Shown: piece after piece, positions 15,925-24,446 of the stretch
Layout of the letters: the number at the start of each line of letters is the position of its first letter
Numbering within the stretch: position 1 is the first letter of the stretch
Source: Pseudobdellovibrionaceae bacterium
GTDB taxonomy: Bacteria; Bdellovibrionota_B; Oligoflexia; Oligoflexales; Oligoflexaceae
Assembly: GCA_002725955.1 (NCBI GenBank)
Contig: PBRN01000273.1
Coordinates: 1 to 37,218 of the forward strand
Direction of reading: 5' to 3'
DNA: 37,218 nt
Made by a program: the position numbers and the translations under genes
Notes under the pieces: generated by a model
Told to the model about the DNA's origin: nothing
Seen by the model: only the letters and a program-made list of their open reading frames with translations
The model's database searches: none

Positions 15925-16431
15925 TTAGATTGCGAAATTCAATAGATGTTTTTTAAATATTCTCGTATCAAAATCTGATTTTAGATCACATCCCAAAAAA
16001 CAAATAACCTGTTGTTCATTTGATTCAAGACACCACCAATGATAATGATTAAATTCTGTCTCATCTGCTTTAGACCAGATATTTGCAAAGCCTCTCGTGG
16101 TATAGGGCAGGCTAATACCAGAATCTATGCCGCACTTACCAAGTCCGGTTTTGACGGTACCAATAACCATCTGACATAATTTTTCATATAGATTGAATGC
16201 ATCTTCGCTAAAAAGGGCTTGAGGTTCGATTTTATTTTTAAAAAAAACCTTAAATAACATTTTGTCATTAAATGAGTGCAGTGTAATCATTGAAAACCAG
16301 AAATCCTCAAAATTAGGCATTTTCATCAGATTGTATAATTGAATATCGCCCTCTTCACACATACTACTGAAAAAAATACGTGAATTTTCTTTAAATAAGT
16401 CAAAGACGAGATCTCTTTGTATTTGGTTCAA
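15925..16431 (-). CDS. CheX-like domain protein, catalytic pair apparently lost
   Basis: The TTG start overlaps the upstream stop (gcTTGAacc) and sits behind an AAGGAGG Shine-Dalgarno. FWFSMITLHSFNDKMLFKVFF…FNLYEKLCQMVIGTVKTGLGKCGIDSGISLPYTTRG follows the CheX core pattern. Where CheX has G-E-L-G-N, this protein reads E-K-L-C-Q, so E becomes K and N becomes Q in my by-eye alignment. Confidence 0.5.
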   Translation of the reverse strand: MNQIQRDLVFDLFKENSRIFFSSMCEEGDIQLYNLMKMPNFEDFWFSMITLHSFNDKMLFKVFFKNKIEPQALFSEDAFNLYEKLCQMVIGTVKTGLGKCGIDSGISLPYTTRGFANIWSKADETEFNHYHWWCLESNEQQVICFLGCDLKSDFDTRIFKKHLLNFAI

Positions 16432-17348
16432 GCGGCCTCCTTGTTATTCTCATCTAATTTACGCAGAGGAGGAGTTAAATCGTCATAAAAGTCATTTACA
16501 CTATGAATAGAAGTGATAAATCCAGATAGATCATCCAAGACTTTGAAAATAACCGTCCTATTATAATTATTATCCCGTGTAATTTCTTCGACTAAATTAA
16601 GCATTTTTTCTATGCTAATATTAAAATCCATGGAATATTTATTAATACGTTCATTAAGACATTGGTAAAGAATGACATTATCATTAATTTCTTCTAAGAA
16701 AAGAGTCGTCTTTTCTTGAACTTCCTCAATTAGTTTTGCAGTATCCTGCACCACTTTTTGACTAGCGGCAGATAAATCGATAAATGAATTAGCAACAACA
16801 ACGAGCCCACTACCCTTTGCCCCCATTCTTTCTGCAGCAATGGCTGCATTGAATGAAAGCAATTTGTATTTATCAGATAGATTTTTAATTTCTGCTGTAA
16901 ATGTTTTTAAGCCGATGAAGAGAGCTTTCAAATCGGCCAAGGTATCGATCGAATTAGTCATATCTGCTACAGCTAACCCTTGGGCAGATAAATATTTTTG
17001 TGATGACTTGTTCTTTATATCAATTGCGATTATTTTCTTCTTATACCTTTCAATGGTCGAAGAAATATCAGTATTCATGGACTGGAAGTTCTGCAATAGT
17101 TTTTTGGTTTTAGCTGCTCCTATATTTTGTTTATCTTGATATTCAGCTGTCGAGCTAGATATTATTTCTGAATAATCATCAATTTTTTGAAACCAAGGTT
17201 CTATATTATCCTTATCTCGCTCAATAGATTTTAGAGCTGCTTGATGCTTGTCATGCAATAGCTCACAGCTAGATTTCTCTGATAATTTTAGCTTCCTAAA
17301 ATATAAGAGAAAAATAATCGTTTCAACAATGAGAACAAATGATATCAA
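16428..17348 (-). CDS. Sensor-less mini methyl-accepting-chemotaxis-like protein (single N-terminal TM, degenerate signalling hairpin)
   Basis: TTG start with an AGGAG Shine-Dalgarno 5 nt upstream. The N-terminal TM segment is MISFVLIVETIIFLLYF. YKLLSFNAAIAAERMGAKGSGLVVVANSFIDLSAASQKV aligns to the MCP tip consensus [34 protein letters not shown]. Length is 306 aa and the protein ends …DENNKEAA. Confidence 0.7.
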   Translation of the reverse strand: MISFVLIVETIIFLLYFRKLKLSEKSSCELLHDKHQAALKSIERDKDNIEPWFQKIDDYSEIISSSTAEYQDKQNIGAAKTKKLLQNFQSMNTDISSTIERYKKKIIAIDIKNKSSQKYLSAQGLAVADMTNSIDTLADLKALFIGLKTFTAEIKNLSDKYKLLSFNAAIAAERMGAKGSGLVVVANSFIDLSAASQKVVQDTAKLIEEVQEKTTLFLEEINDNVILYQCLNERINKYSMDFNISIEKMLNLVEEITRDNNYNRTVIFKVLDDLSGFITSIHSVNDFYDDLTPPLRKLDENNKEAA

Positions 17349-17550
17349 GTCAGCTCCTGGATCTAAATCAAGACCTAAAGCTTTTCGGCTTTCTGCTACG
17401 GCTATTCATTCCATTTCGGTAAAAGTTGGCAAAATCATTGAAATATACTAAAAAATATAAATAGCTCTTAGTCATTTAGTTAAAGCTACATGTTTCACAA
17501 CCCGAAGGAGTGCCTGGGAATCGGTAAAAGCTAATGACAGAAATATAGAC

Positions 17551-18651
17551 ATGACTAAAACAAATCAAACAGCCCTAGATAATAAATCTCCAGACTCTGA
17601 TGAAATAGTTCAGTCGAAAGAGAAAAAGTTGGCTTTTATGAATGATGTCCATACGCCAATTCAAATCACTTTAGCATTGGTTACAGTCGGTTCTTGGAGC
17701 CAGCTAGGACATGAGGATTCCAAGGCTTATATTACTGTAATTCCTTTATCATTATTATTTATTCATCAAATATACCTGCTATTAGACTTTAAGAGTAAAA
17801 ATCGCCAGAATTACAACAATATGAGTAGTTCTTTTAGAACTCAGATTGTCAGATCAAAGAAAGTGGTAAGCAGATTTCATACTAATACAGCCAAGCTTGT
17901 CAGTGGAATACTGGCTTCGTCCAGTAATATTGACCTCAGCGCCAAAGGGCAGCTCAAATACTTGCGTAAGCTATTATATGGATTCATGAACTACACATCG
18001 AGATTATCGATGTTATGCGAAAAATGTGAAACATCTGTCGTAACTGCAGCTAATATTAACAACATTTCAAAGCAGTCTATCGAAAGCCTAGAAAAACAAA
18101 AGGATACAGGTTCTGAATTATTGAAAATCACTAAGAAACTAAGTGTTATAAATTCATTTATTGAGGAAATTGCGAACAGCACCAGCAAGTGCACTGAGAT
18201 AGCACTCAAAAGTGAGATGCTTGCTTTTAATGCTTCGATGGAAGCAGCGGCTGATGAAGCAGGTGGGGAATTCGCATCTATCGCCAAAGAAATGGACGCT
18301 TTAGCCAAGAAAATACATGAAAAATCAGCTACCATGGACAAAATTATTAAAACTACTAAAAAGACTAAAGCTTCTCTCTCCGAAAAATTAAACCTTAGGG
18401 CAGAGGAAGAGATGGGGCGAACTCAGATCATTATTGATAAATATGTCAGTGTCGCTGATGAATTACTGTTAGCAATCGATGATTCTGAGTCGGTGATCAA
18501 GAAAGTTACTGTACAAAGGAAAAGAGGAGGACAGTTAATGGCCTCACTTCAGCTATTACAAGAGGCAACTGTTGTTTTATGTAAAGATCTTGACCAGATG
18601 GAACAAACAATAAAAGGAGATAGCACTTCTAATTCTAAAGAAGCTGCTTGA
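17551..18651 (+). CDS. Sensor-less mini methyl-accepting-chemotaxis-like protein (membrane hairpin anchor, degenerate signalling hairpin)
   Basis: There are two hydrophobic segments (IQITLALVTVGSW and YITVIPLSLLFIHQIYLLL). SEMLAFNASMEAAADEAGGEFASIAKEMDALAKKI aligns to the MCP tip consensus with a 1-residue deletion. The protein ends …STSNSKEAA. No other ATG/GTG/TTG lies in frame between the upstream stop at 17458-17460 and 17551. Confidence 0.7.
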   Translation: MTKTNQTALDNKSPDSDEIVQSKEKKLAFMNDVHTPIQITLALVTVGSWSQLGHEDSKAYITVIPLSLLFIHQIYLLLDFKSKNRQNYNNMSSSFRTQIVRSKKVVSRFHTNTAKLVSGILASSSNIDLSAKGQLKYLRKLLYGFMNYTSRLSMLCEKCETSVVTAANINNISKQSIESLEKQKDTGSELLKITKKLSVINSFIEEIANSTSKCTEIALKSEMLAFNASMEAAADEAGGEFASIAKEMDALAKKIHEKSATMDKIIKTTKKTKASLSEKLNLRAEEEMGRTQIIIDKYVSVADELLLAIDDSESVIKKVTVQRKRGGQLMASLQLLQEATVVLCKDLDQMEQTIKGDSTSNSKEAA

Positions 18652-18662
18652 TAATGCATAAC

Positions 18663-19535
18663 TTAAGCCACAACTTCTGCAGTATCTTGAAAATTTTGTC
18701 TAACAAATTCCTTCAAGCTAATCGGCTCTCTTTCCATTATGTCTCGAGCAATTTGGTTAATCTCAGAAGTTAAACCAGCATTACATAATTGATAAATACT
18801 CAATAGTTGTTGTGCTAGATCCATTTGAATACCGCTTTTCTGAAGTTCTTCGACTAAATTAAACTCCTCGATATCCATATAGGATATCTCACGCTTCATA
18901 TGTCCAGTCATGATTCGAGATACGTCTTGATAACTTAGAGACTCTGATCCCGTGAGAACCATTGTTTTTTTCAAATATGGCTTTGAATTAATCAGTGCCT
19001 TGGCTGCGATGGCTCCAACATCATCAGCATCAATAAAACTAGTTTTGGAATTGGCTCCGGGTATATAAAAAAAACCTTGTTGTTCTATACAACTTTTATA
19101 GAATCTCGTGAAATTCTGCATCAAAATGTTAGGCCGAAGAATAATGTAGTCCAGACCCGATTGTTCTAGCAATTGGTCAATTTCACCATGAAATTTAGCT
19201 ATAGAATGGACCGAATTTGGGTCTGCAGCAACCATCGAAGTCCGCACTACAGTCTCTATTTCGGCTTTTTTTGCAGCATCAATAATATTTGCGGCATATT
19301 GTCTGGAGTGAATATCAAAAGGCAATATAAAGAAGAGTTTTTTAAAGCCACTTAAAGCGCGACACATCTGATTAACATCATTATAGTCAAAATAAGTCGT
19401 GCTCTGAGCACCTGTAACAAATGTATTTGGCGTATTCAGTCCAACCGTGAAATCTATACTATTTAGTACCAAATGATCACATACCTTTTGTCCTATTGTT
19501 CCGCTTGCGCCTGAAACAAATATAGTCCCGAACAT
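18663..19535 (-). CDS. NmrA-like / atypical SDR NAD(P)H-binding protein
   Basis: N-terminal Rossmann motif IFVSGASGTIGQKV. Length (290 aa) and …ILRPNILMQNF… are typical of the NmrA/HSCARG-like family. Confidence 0.7.
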   Translation of the reverse strand: MFGTIFVSGASGTIGQKVCDHLVLNSIDFTVGLNTPNTFVTGAQSTTYFDYNDVNQMCRALSGFKKLFFILPFDIHSRQYAANIIDAAKKAEIETVVRTSMVAADPNSVHSIAKFHGEIDQLLEQSGLDYIILRPNILMQNFTRFYKSCIEQQGFFYIPGANSKTSFIDADDVGAIAAKALINSKPYLKKTMVLTGSESLSYQDVSRIMTGHMKREISYMDIEEFNLVEELQKSGIQMDLAQQLLSIYQLCNAGLTSEINQIARDIMEREPISLKEFVRQNFQDTAEVVA

Positions 19536-20147
19536 AATGATCCCTCTACTTCGTTCTAATGAATGAGTATCTATTTATTTGGAAGCTATTAGAATTATTT
19601 TAGAGTTAATTGTTTTATTTATCAATTTTTTAGTTATGTTATTCGACGTTAGAATCCAAATGTCTTGTTGGTGACGCTGACCCAACATTACTTTATAAGG
19701 CAATATTTTTATTGAGGCATGCTTACATGTGTGTTGTTCTATAAACCAACTGACATTGACATGTAATATCACGATAACCATTTAACTTAATTAGTATTTT
19801 GGTGGTTTATTTATTTAAACAACTATAGTTAACCTCTAATGTATTCTAGAACGGAATCATTAGATCTATCGAAAAGTTAAGACAAAAACCACATTGGCAA
19901 TAAGTCATATTCAGTCTAAAGAACTAATAATATATGAAGCTAATCCCCCGCGAATAGCATACATCTAACGGGAAATTAGCGGCACTTGTCGAAGCAATAT
20001 ACAGTGAGTCATATTAAAAAACATCAGAATAAATAATCAGATAAAATCTTGAATATGGATAAAGTCATTTTATTGCTGTAAAATAAAAACAGAAATAATT
20101 AACTATTCTTAATGCAGGACAATAATATAAATTAGCAGGAAGTCTAG

Positions 20148-21518
20148 ATGGCCTTTGAGAATAGATTCAGAGTATTAAAAGAAGGCAGTACCCTTTACCT
20201 ACATGGTGTCATTAGTGAGACCACTAACTTTATTATTATAGATGAAATGGTTAGAGGGACTAAATATTTTAATTGCGAAAACCTTGAAAGTGCTTCTTGG
20301 AATGGTCTTTTAGCCTTTGAACAGTATCTCACTAATTTAGATGAAAAGATTACGTTAACTAAAGTGCCATGGAAAATATATAACTATTTACGCTTATTCC
20401 CACAGGTCAATAAATCATATCTGTTAGATTCTATCGAAATTCTGATATGTGACCCTAAATACGATAATTTAAAAAACGCAGAATATCTCTGGTTCAATCG
20501 AACTCAATTAGAACAGCTAGGTCGAGAGCAGGGTGTTTTTATTAGTTGGGAAGAAAAACTTATTGTTAGTAAAGGTGAATTCATTTTACCTAATTCAAAC
20601 CAAGATATTGCTCACAAGGAAAAAGCCTGGTACAAGAAAAATCAGGAAGAAGTTGATTTTTGGCATAACTACTTCTGTTTCGCAAATGTCACCGGCTACC
20701 TCGTGTTAAATATGATTCAATCCCTGCAGGTAACTTTGGAAAACTTACTCAATGATCTAGAGTTTAGAGTTCAAGAATCTGAATCGGCTCTGAACCTTCT
20801 TCATGCAAAAGAAGAAGATGTTCATTGTCGTGCAGATCAAATTCATATGATTATCTTCGGTTTTCATACAAAGACAGATAAACTTTATCGACCAATCGAG
20901 GATGTTGCTACTGGCGGGAGTGATTTAGCGTGGAAATTGCAAAAACTAGCTTTGTCTGATGATAACGACAATGATAAGCAATTGGATAAAATTATCGAGG
21001 ATTTTTGCGCCAATAGCCTTACCATAGAAAAGAACCTCAGTATTATCGAAGAAGCTGGGGCAAAGTCTGGCGAAGAAATCAGTATTTTAGGTGTAACTAA
21101 ACAACTCAAAAAAGAACTTGATGAAGTAAATGATGACAAAGTTACCCCTGAAATACTCGAAGAGGTCAGAACAAACCTAGCCATCTTGGATCCTATATCT
21201 GATGGTGATTGGCCAGCAACTAAAAAATTATTTCTTGAGCATATTGAGGAAATTGATGAGCTAATTGAGAAGAGTACAGTTCTATTACAAGGATTCGATT
21301 TGCTCAGACAGGTTTTGGAACATCGATTAGAAGAAGGTCAAGAAATTCTTGAATTCCGTGAAAGGGATTTTGACTTCGAAACCATCAAGCAGTCAATACA
21401 CATGCATATTAATGAGCACCTAGTAACAGTTCAGGAAAAGTATGCCTGTAGATTTTTTCTTCCTGATGCAAGTATTATCGATCAGGGCGCTACACCTGGT
21501 CAGACCATCGTATTTTAA
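20148..21518 (+). CDS. Hypothetical protein: STAS-like N-terminal domain plus long acidic helical region
   Basis: AGGAAG Shine-Dalgarno. The N-terminal ~90 aa (LYLHGVISETTNFIIIDEMVRGTKYFNCENLESASWNGLLAFEQYL…KITLTKVPWKIYNYLRL) follow the SpoIIAA/STAS pattern (l.l.G…vvlD...v.fidSsGl..l … l.l..v...v...l). The rest is heptad-like and acidic. I can name no family. Confidence 0.4.
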   Translation: MAFENRFRVLKEGSTLYLHGVISETTNFIIIDEMVRGTKYFNCENLESASWNGLLAFEQYLTNLDEKITLTKVPWKIYNYLRLFPQVNKSYLLDSIEILICDPKYDNLKNAEYLWFNRTQLEQLGREQGVFISWEEKLIVSKGEFILPNSNQDIAHKEKAWYKKNQEEVDFWHNYFCFANVTGYLVLNMIQSLQVTLENLLNDLEFRVQESESALNLLHAKEEDVHCRADQIHMIIFGFHTKTDKLYRPIEDVATGGSDLAWKLQKLALSDDNDNDKQLDKIIEDFCANSLTIEKNLSIIEEAGAKSGEEISILGVTKQLKKELDEVNDDKVTPEILEEVRTNLAILDPISDGDWPATKKLFLEHIEEIDELIEKSTVLLQGFDLLRQVLEHRLEEGQEILEFRERDFDFETIKQSIHMHINEHLVTVQEKYACRFFLPDASIIDQGATPGQTIVF

Positions 21519-21554
21519 TCAAACAGCCCAGCTTTCGTTCATGTAATACCCGAA

Positions 21555-21585
21555 AGATCTAATAGCAAACATTGATATTAGATCT
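21555..21585 (+). terminator. Stem-loop downstream of 20148-21518 (possible terminator)
   Basis: A perfect 10-bp inverted repeat, AGATCTAATA (21555-21564) / TATTAGATCT (21576-21585), with an 11-nt loop, 37 nt after the stop. The stem is AT-rich and no U-tract follows. Confidence 0.3.
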
Positions 21586-21845
21586 AGTCTTCAACCTATC
21601 TCCACGCATACCCCGTCTATCCGAGTCATTTTTTCATAAGGAAAAGATTGTATCAAATAGCCTATAAAACCAATGCATTTACCCAAAAAAATTACATAAA
21701 AAAATATCAAGGCAATTTTTTATAAAGATAATTGATTTAATCCTTCCAAATATAATCAAATTTTCATCTTTAACCGGTTACTATAACAATAGATTTGGGT
21801 GAAATGACCTCTGTTCAAAGTAACGATTATGCAACATTTTTGTCT

Positions 21846-21873
21846 TTGACATATTGAGAGATGAGCCTATTCT
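21846..21873 (+). promoter_or_regulatory. Candidate sigma70-type promoter for hpf
   Basis: TTGACA (21846-21851), a 16-nt spacer, then TATTCT (21868-21873), about 105 nt upstream of the hpf ATG. Confidence 0.35.
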
Positions 21874-21876
21874 AGA

Positions 21877-21912
21877 GGAAGGAAACTAATTGTCCGGACT
21901 TAATTTCCTTCC
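21877..21912 (+). promoter_or_regulatory. 36-nt near-perfect palindrome at the predicted 5' end of the hpf transcript
   Basis: GGAAGGAAA (21877-21885) and TTTCCTTCC (21904-21912) are perfectly complementary. Further pairing occurs inside (cTAA…TTAa), and there is a central GTCCGGAC palindrome. Confidence 0.45.
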
Positions 21913-21978
21913 GAGTATACTTTCCAGCCTTAAACTCAGTGCTTAAGGCTAGGAACAATCATTCCTTGGAGGTGAACA

Positions 21979-22314
21979 ATGGTATTTAGTACAACTTTTA
22001 TCCACATGGATCGAACGGAATCATTAGAACTGTTCGCTAAGCAAAAAATCACCAAAATTATTGACAGCCTTGCATCCCAGCCAATTAACACCCATGTAAC
22101 TTTTTCCGTTAATGGCAATCGACATCGAGTCAGATTAACTTTAAAAGATCGCAAAGGAGAACAGGTGGTACTCCATTATGAAGCTGACAGCATGTATAAA
22201 TCTGTTGCTATACTCTGCGAAAAATTAAAGGAGAGTTTACGTCGTAAAAAAGACAAAAACACGAACAGAAAGTTCTTTATACCTGAAATTCCAGAGCAGA
22301 TTCATCCTTCTTAA
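21979..22314 (+). CDS. hpf: Ribosome hibernation promoting factor / RaiA family (short form)
   Basis: GGAGGTG Shine-Dalgarno. The 111-aa product (MVFSTTFIHMDRTESLELFAKQKITKI…VTFSVNGNRHRVRLTLKDRKGEQVVLHYEADSMYKSVAILCEKLKESLRRKKDK) has the S30AE/sigma-54 modulation protein pattern: beta-alpha-beta-beta-beta-alpha followed by a basic tail. Confidence 0.8.
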   Translation: MVFSTTFIHMDRTESLELFAKQKITKIIDSLASQPINTHVTFSVNGNRHRVRLTLKDRKGEQVVLHYEADSMYKSVAILCEKLKESLRRKKDKNTNRKFFIPEIPEQIHPS

Positions 22315-22323
22315 ATTTCTAAT

Positions 22324-22353
22324 GGGAAAGCACTTAGGGACGAGGGCTTTCCC
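22324..22353 (+). terminator. Candidate intrinsic terminator after hpf
   Basis: GGGAAAGC (22324-22331) / GCTTTCCC (22346-22353), an 8-bp GC-rich stem starting 10 nt after the stop. It is followed by TTAAGTT, a weak U-tract. Confidence 0.4.
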
Positions 22354-22497
22354 TTAAGTTATCCGCATATAATAAATGAACAAATTTTGTCTATAATGAT
22401 TTTTTAACTAAACTTAAAAAATTCAACTATTGAAGAGAAATACTCATTCAAGACTATCTCCCGGCCATACTCAATCATTGGAAGAGACATAGAATTT

Positions 22498-22929
22498 ATG
22501 CAGGATCCAATCACAAAAAAGCATGATCTTTTCTTTTTTTATGGCAGTTTAAGAGACGTCGATATTTTATCGGCAGTCATTGGCAAAGATCCAAAATCAA
22601 ACTATGAAGGACCTCAAATCATCACTGGTTGGCAAGCAGTTTTTGTAGCAGGAGAAAAGTATCCCGCTTTAACAAAGAACGCTATGGCTACCTGTGCGGG
22701 AGAAACTTATAGCAATTTTTCCCTCCGTGACCTCGCCAAAATAGATTATTTCGAAATAGAATATCACAGAGAAACGATAGAAATAGAAAATCAAACCTCA
22801 TCCGCTTGGCTTCCTCCTGCCTCCATGAAGATAACAACCAAGGCCTGGAACTGGGATCATTTTCTCACCTTTGAAAAAGCCGCTTTCCTCCAAAGAACTA
22901 AGCATTACATGAAAGACGGCCGATGGTAA
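22498..22929 (+). CDS. Gamma-glutamylcyclotransferase (AIG2/GGCT-like) family protein
   Basis: N-terminal LFFFYGSLRD (the YGSL motif of the GGCT fold). Length is ~140 aa. Confidence 0.55.
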   Translation: MQDPITKKHDLFFFYGSLRDVDILSAVIGKDPKSNYEGPQIITGWQAVFVAGEKYPALTKNAMATCAGETYSNFSLRDLAKIDYFEIEYHRETIEIENQTSSAWLPPASMKITTKAWNWDHFLTFEKAAFLQRTKHYMKDGRW

Positions 22930-23019
22930 CTTGCTAACGCAACTCACTTGCCCAAGCTGGACTAGAGTGTTATTGTCCTTGCCTTCGTATCTTGAAATCA
23001 ATTTAGCTTTAGGGATCAG

Positions 23020-23655
23020 ATGAATCGTCATATTAACGAATTGTATCGTGGGGTTGAACCTTTGGCTCAGAATATTCTGAACTTTTGGTTTGGTGAATTT
23101 AATGACAGTATGGAAGTCGCTCCCGAATACACCGATCGATGGTTTAGTAAAAACCCCTCTTTTGATACTACGATAAAAAAAGTTTATGGTTCATATCTAG
23201 AAACCGCCTACATGGGATCACTAGATCGCTGGTCTAGCACTTTAGCTGGCCTCACAGCATCAATCATCATGCTGGATCAATTTCCAAGACATATTTTCAG
23301 AGCTGATAACCGTGCTTGGTTTTACGACAAAAAAGCCATCTCTCTATGCCTATTAGCCATAGAACACAAGGACTGGGTCAATGCCCCGACAGCATGGACA
23401 AAGTTTCTACTTATGCCACTTATGCATGCCGAAGATATGTCGTTTCAGGTCTTAGGTTTGAAAAAGCTGAAAGAAGTTTTAGATCGTACCGATCCACATT
23501 TACGCTATCTTATTGAAGGCTCTGTTGCCAGTGCCAAGCGCCATCAAGACGTCATTCGTAAATTCGGAAGGTTTCCCCATCGCAATCTTTTACTCAAGAG
23601 AGATTCAACACCTGAAGAACAAGCTTTCTTAAAACAACCGGGATCAAAATTCTAA
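23020..23655 (+). CDS. DUF924 family protein
   Basis: ILNFWFGE…RWFSKNPSFD…, LDQFPRHIFR and the hallmark RKFGRFPHRNLLLKRDSTPEEQAFL. Confidence 0.85.
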   Translation: MNRHINELYRGVEPLAQNILNFWFGEFNDSMEVAPEYTDRWFSKNPSFDTTIKKVYGSYLETAYMGSLDRWSSTLAGLTASIIMLDQFPRHIFRADNRAWFYDKKAISLCLLAIEHKDWVNAPTAWTKFLLMPLMHAEDMSFQVLGLKKLKEVLDRTDPHLRYLIEGSVASAKRHQDVIRKFGRFPHRNLLLKRDSTPEEQAFLKQPGSKF

Positions 23656-23669
23656 AAGATATAGATCAT

Positions 23670-24446
23670 CTAAAAGATGTCTTTACGTCGACGAATCTCA
23701 GCAAAAACCTCTTCATCTGTGGCTTCAATCATCTTTAAGTTCTGACGGATGCGGAGGTCATCTGCCCGCAAAAAAGGATTGACCTTTTTTTCTAAACCTA
23801 GATTCGAAGGTATGGTCATTAAACCTTCACTTCGCAATCTTTTTACCTCAGTCATATATTGAACTAAATTCTCATTCTGGGGATCCACAGTCAAAGCAAA
23901 TGCCCCATTTGCTTCTGTGTACTCATGGGCACAATATACCTTTGTGATATCTGGCAATTGTTTGATCTTAGTGAGGCTTTCCCACATTTGAGCAGGGGTG
24001 CCTTCAAATAGGCGCCCGCAACCCATTGAAAATAAGGTGTCTCCGCAAAATAGAACATTATTTTGTGCAAACCAATAAACTATATGCCCTTTCGTATGCC
24101 CAGTGGTGCCAATGACATTGACCTCTCTATTTCCGAAGGTAAATGATTCCCCATCGCTCACTTTAAGGTCGATTCCTGGAATTCTTCGTTGATCAGCTCC
24201 ATGGCCAATAATTTTGCAATCATATCGATCTTTGAGAGTTAGATTACCTCCCACGTGGTCTGGGTGGTGATGGGTATTAAAAATAAAATCGAGTTTCCAT
24301 GATTTTTCGTCTAGTATCTTGATGACTGGTTCTGCAGTTCCTGGATCTATAGTCCCCACTTGGCCTGAAATCAAATCTCTAATAATGTATATGTAATTAT
24401 CTGAGAATGCTGGAACCTGAATCACTTCTAAATTTTCATCAAGCAT
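23670..24446 (-). CDS. gloB: Hydroxyacylglutathione hydrolase (glyoxalase II)
   Basis: It is collinear with E. coli GloB as I remember it: IQVPAFSDNYIYII, IDPG.AEPV, FNTHHHPDHVGGN, TTGHTKGHIVYW, LFCGDTLFSMGCGRLFEGTPAQM, VYCAHEYTEANGAFA, NPFLR and RRRKDIF. Confidence 0.92.
   Translation of the reverse strand: MLDENLEVIQVPAFSDNYIYIIRDLISGQVGTIDPGTAEPVIKILDEKSWKLDFIFNTHHHPDHVGGNLTLKDRYDCKIIGHGADQRRIPGIDLKVSDGESFTFGNREVNVIGTTGHTKGHIVYWFAQNNVLFCGDTLFSMGCGRLFEGTPAQMWESLTKIKQLPDITKVYCAHEYTEANGAFALTVDPQNENLVQYMTEVKRLRSEGLMTIPSNLGLEKKVNPFLRADDLRIRQNLKMIEATDEEVFAEIRRRKDIF

Noticed and set aside
19575-19781. 68-aa minus-strand ORF in the 612-nt AT-rich gap.
   Set aside because: It has an Ile/Asn/Lys-rich composition typical of AT-rich non-coding DNA, no Shine-Dalgarno and no motif.
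19849-22028. Exact 16-nt direct repeat GAACGGAATCATTAGA at 19849-19864 (intergenic) and 22013-22028 (inside hpf, codons for DRTESLE).
   Set aside because: It is a single pair with no flanking similarity. My rough expectation for a chance 16-mer match in a window of this size is not negligible (of order 0.1-0.2). One copy is constrained coding sequence.
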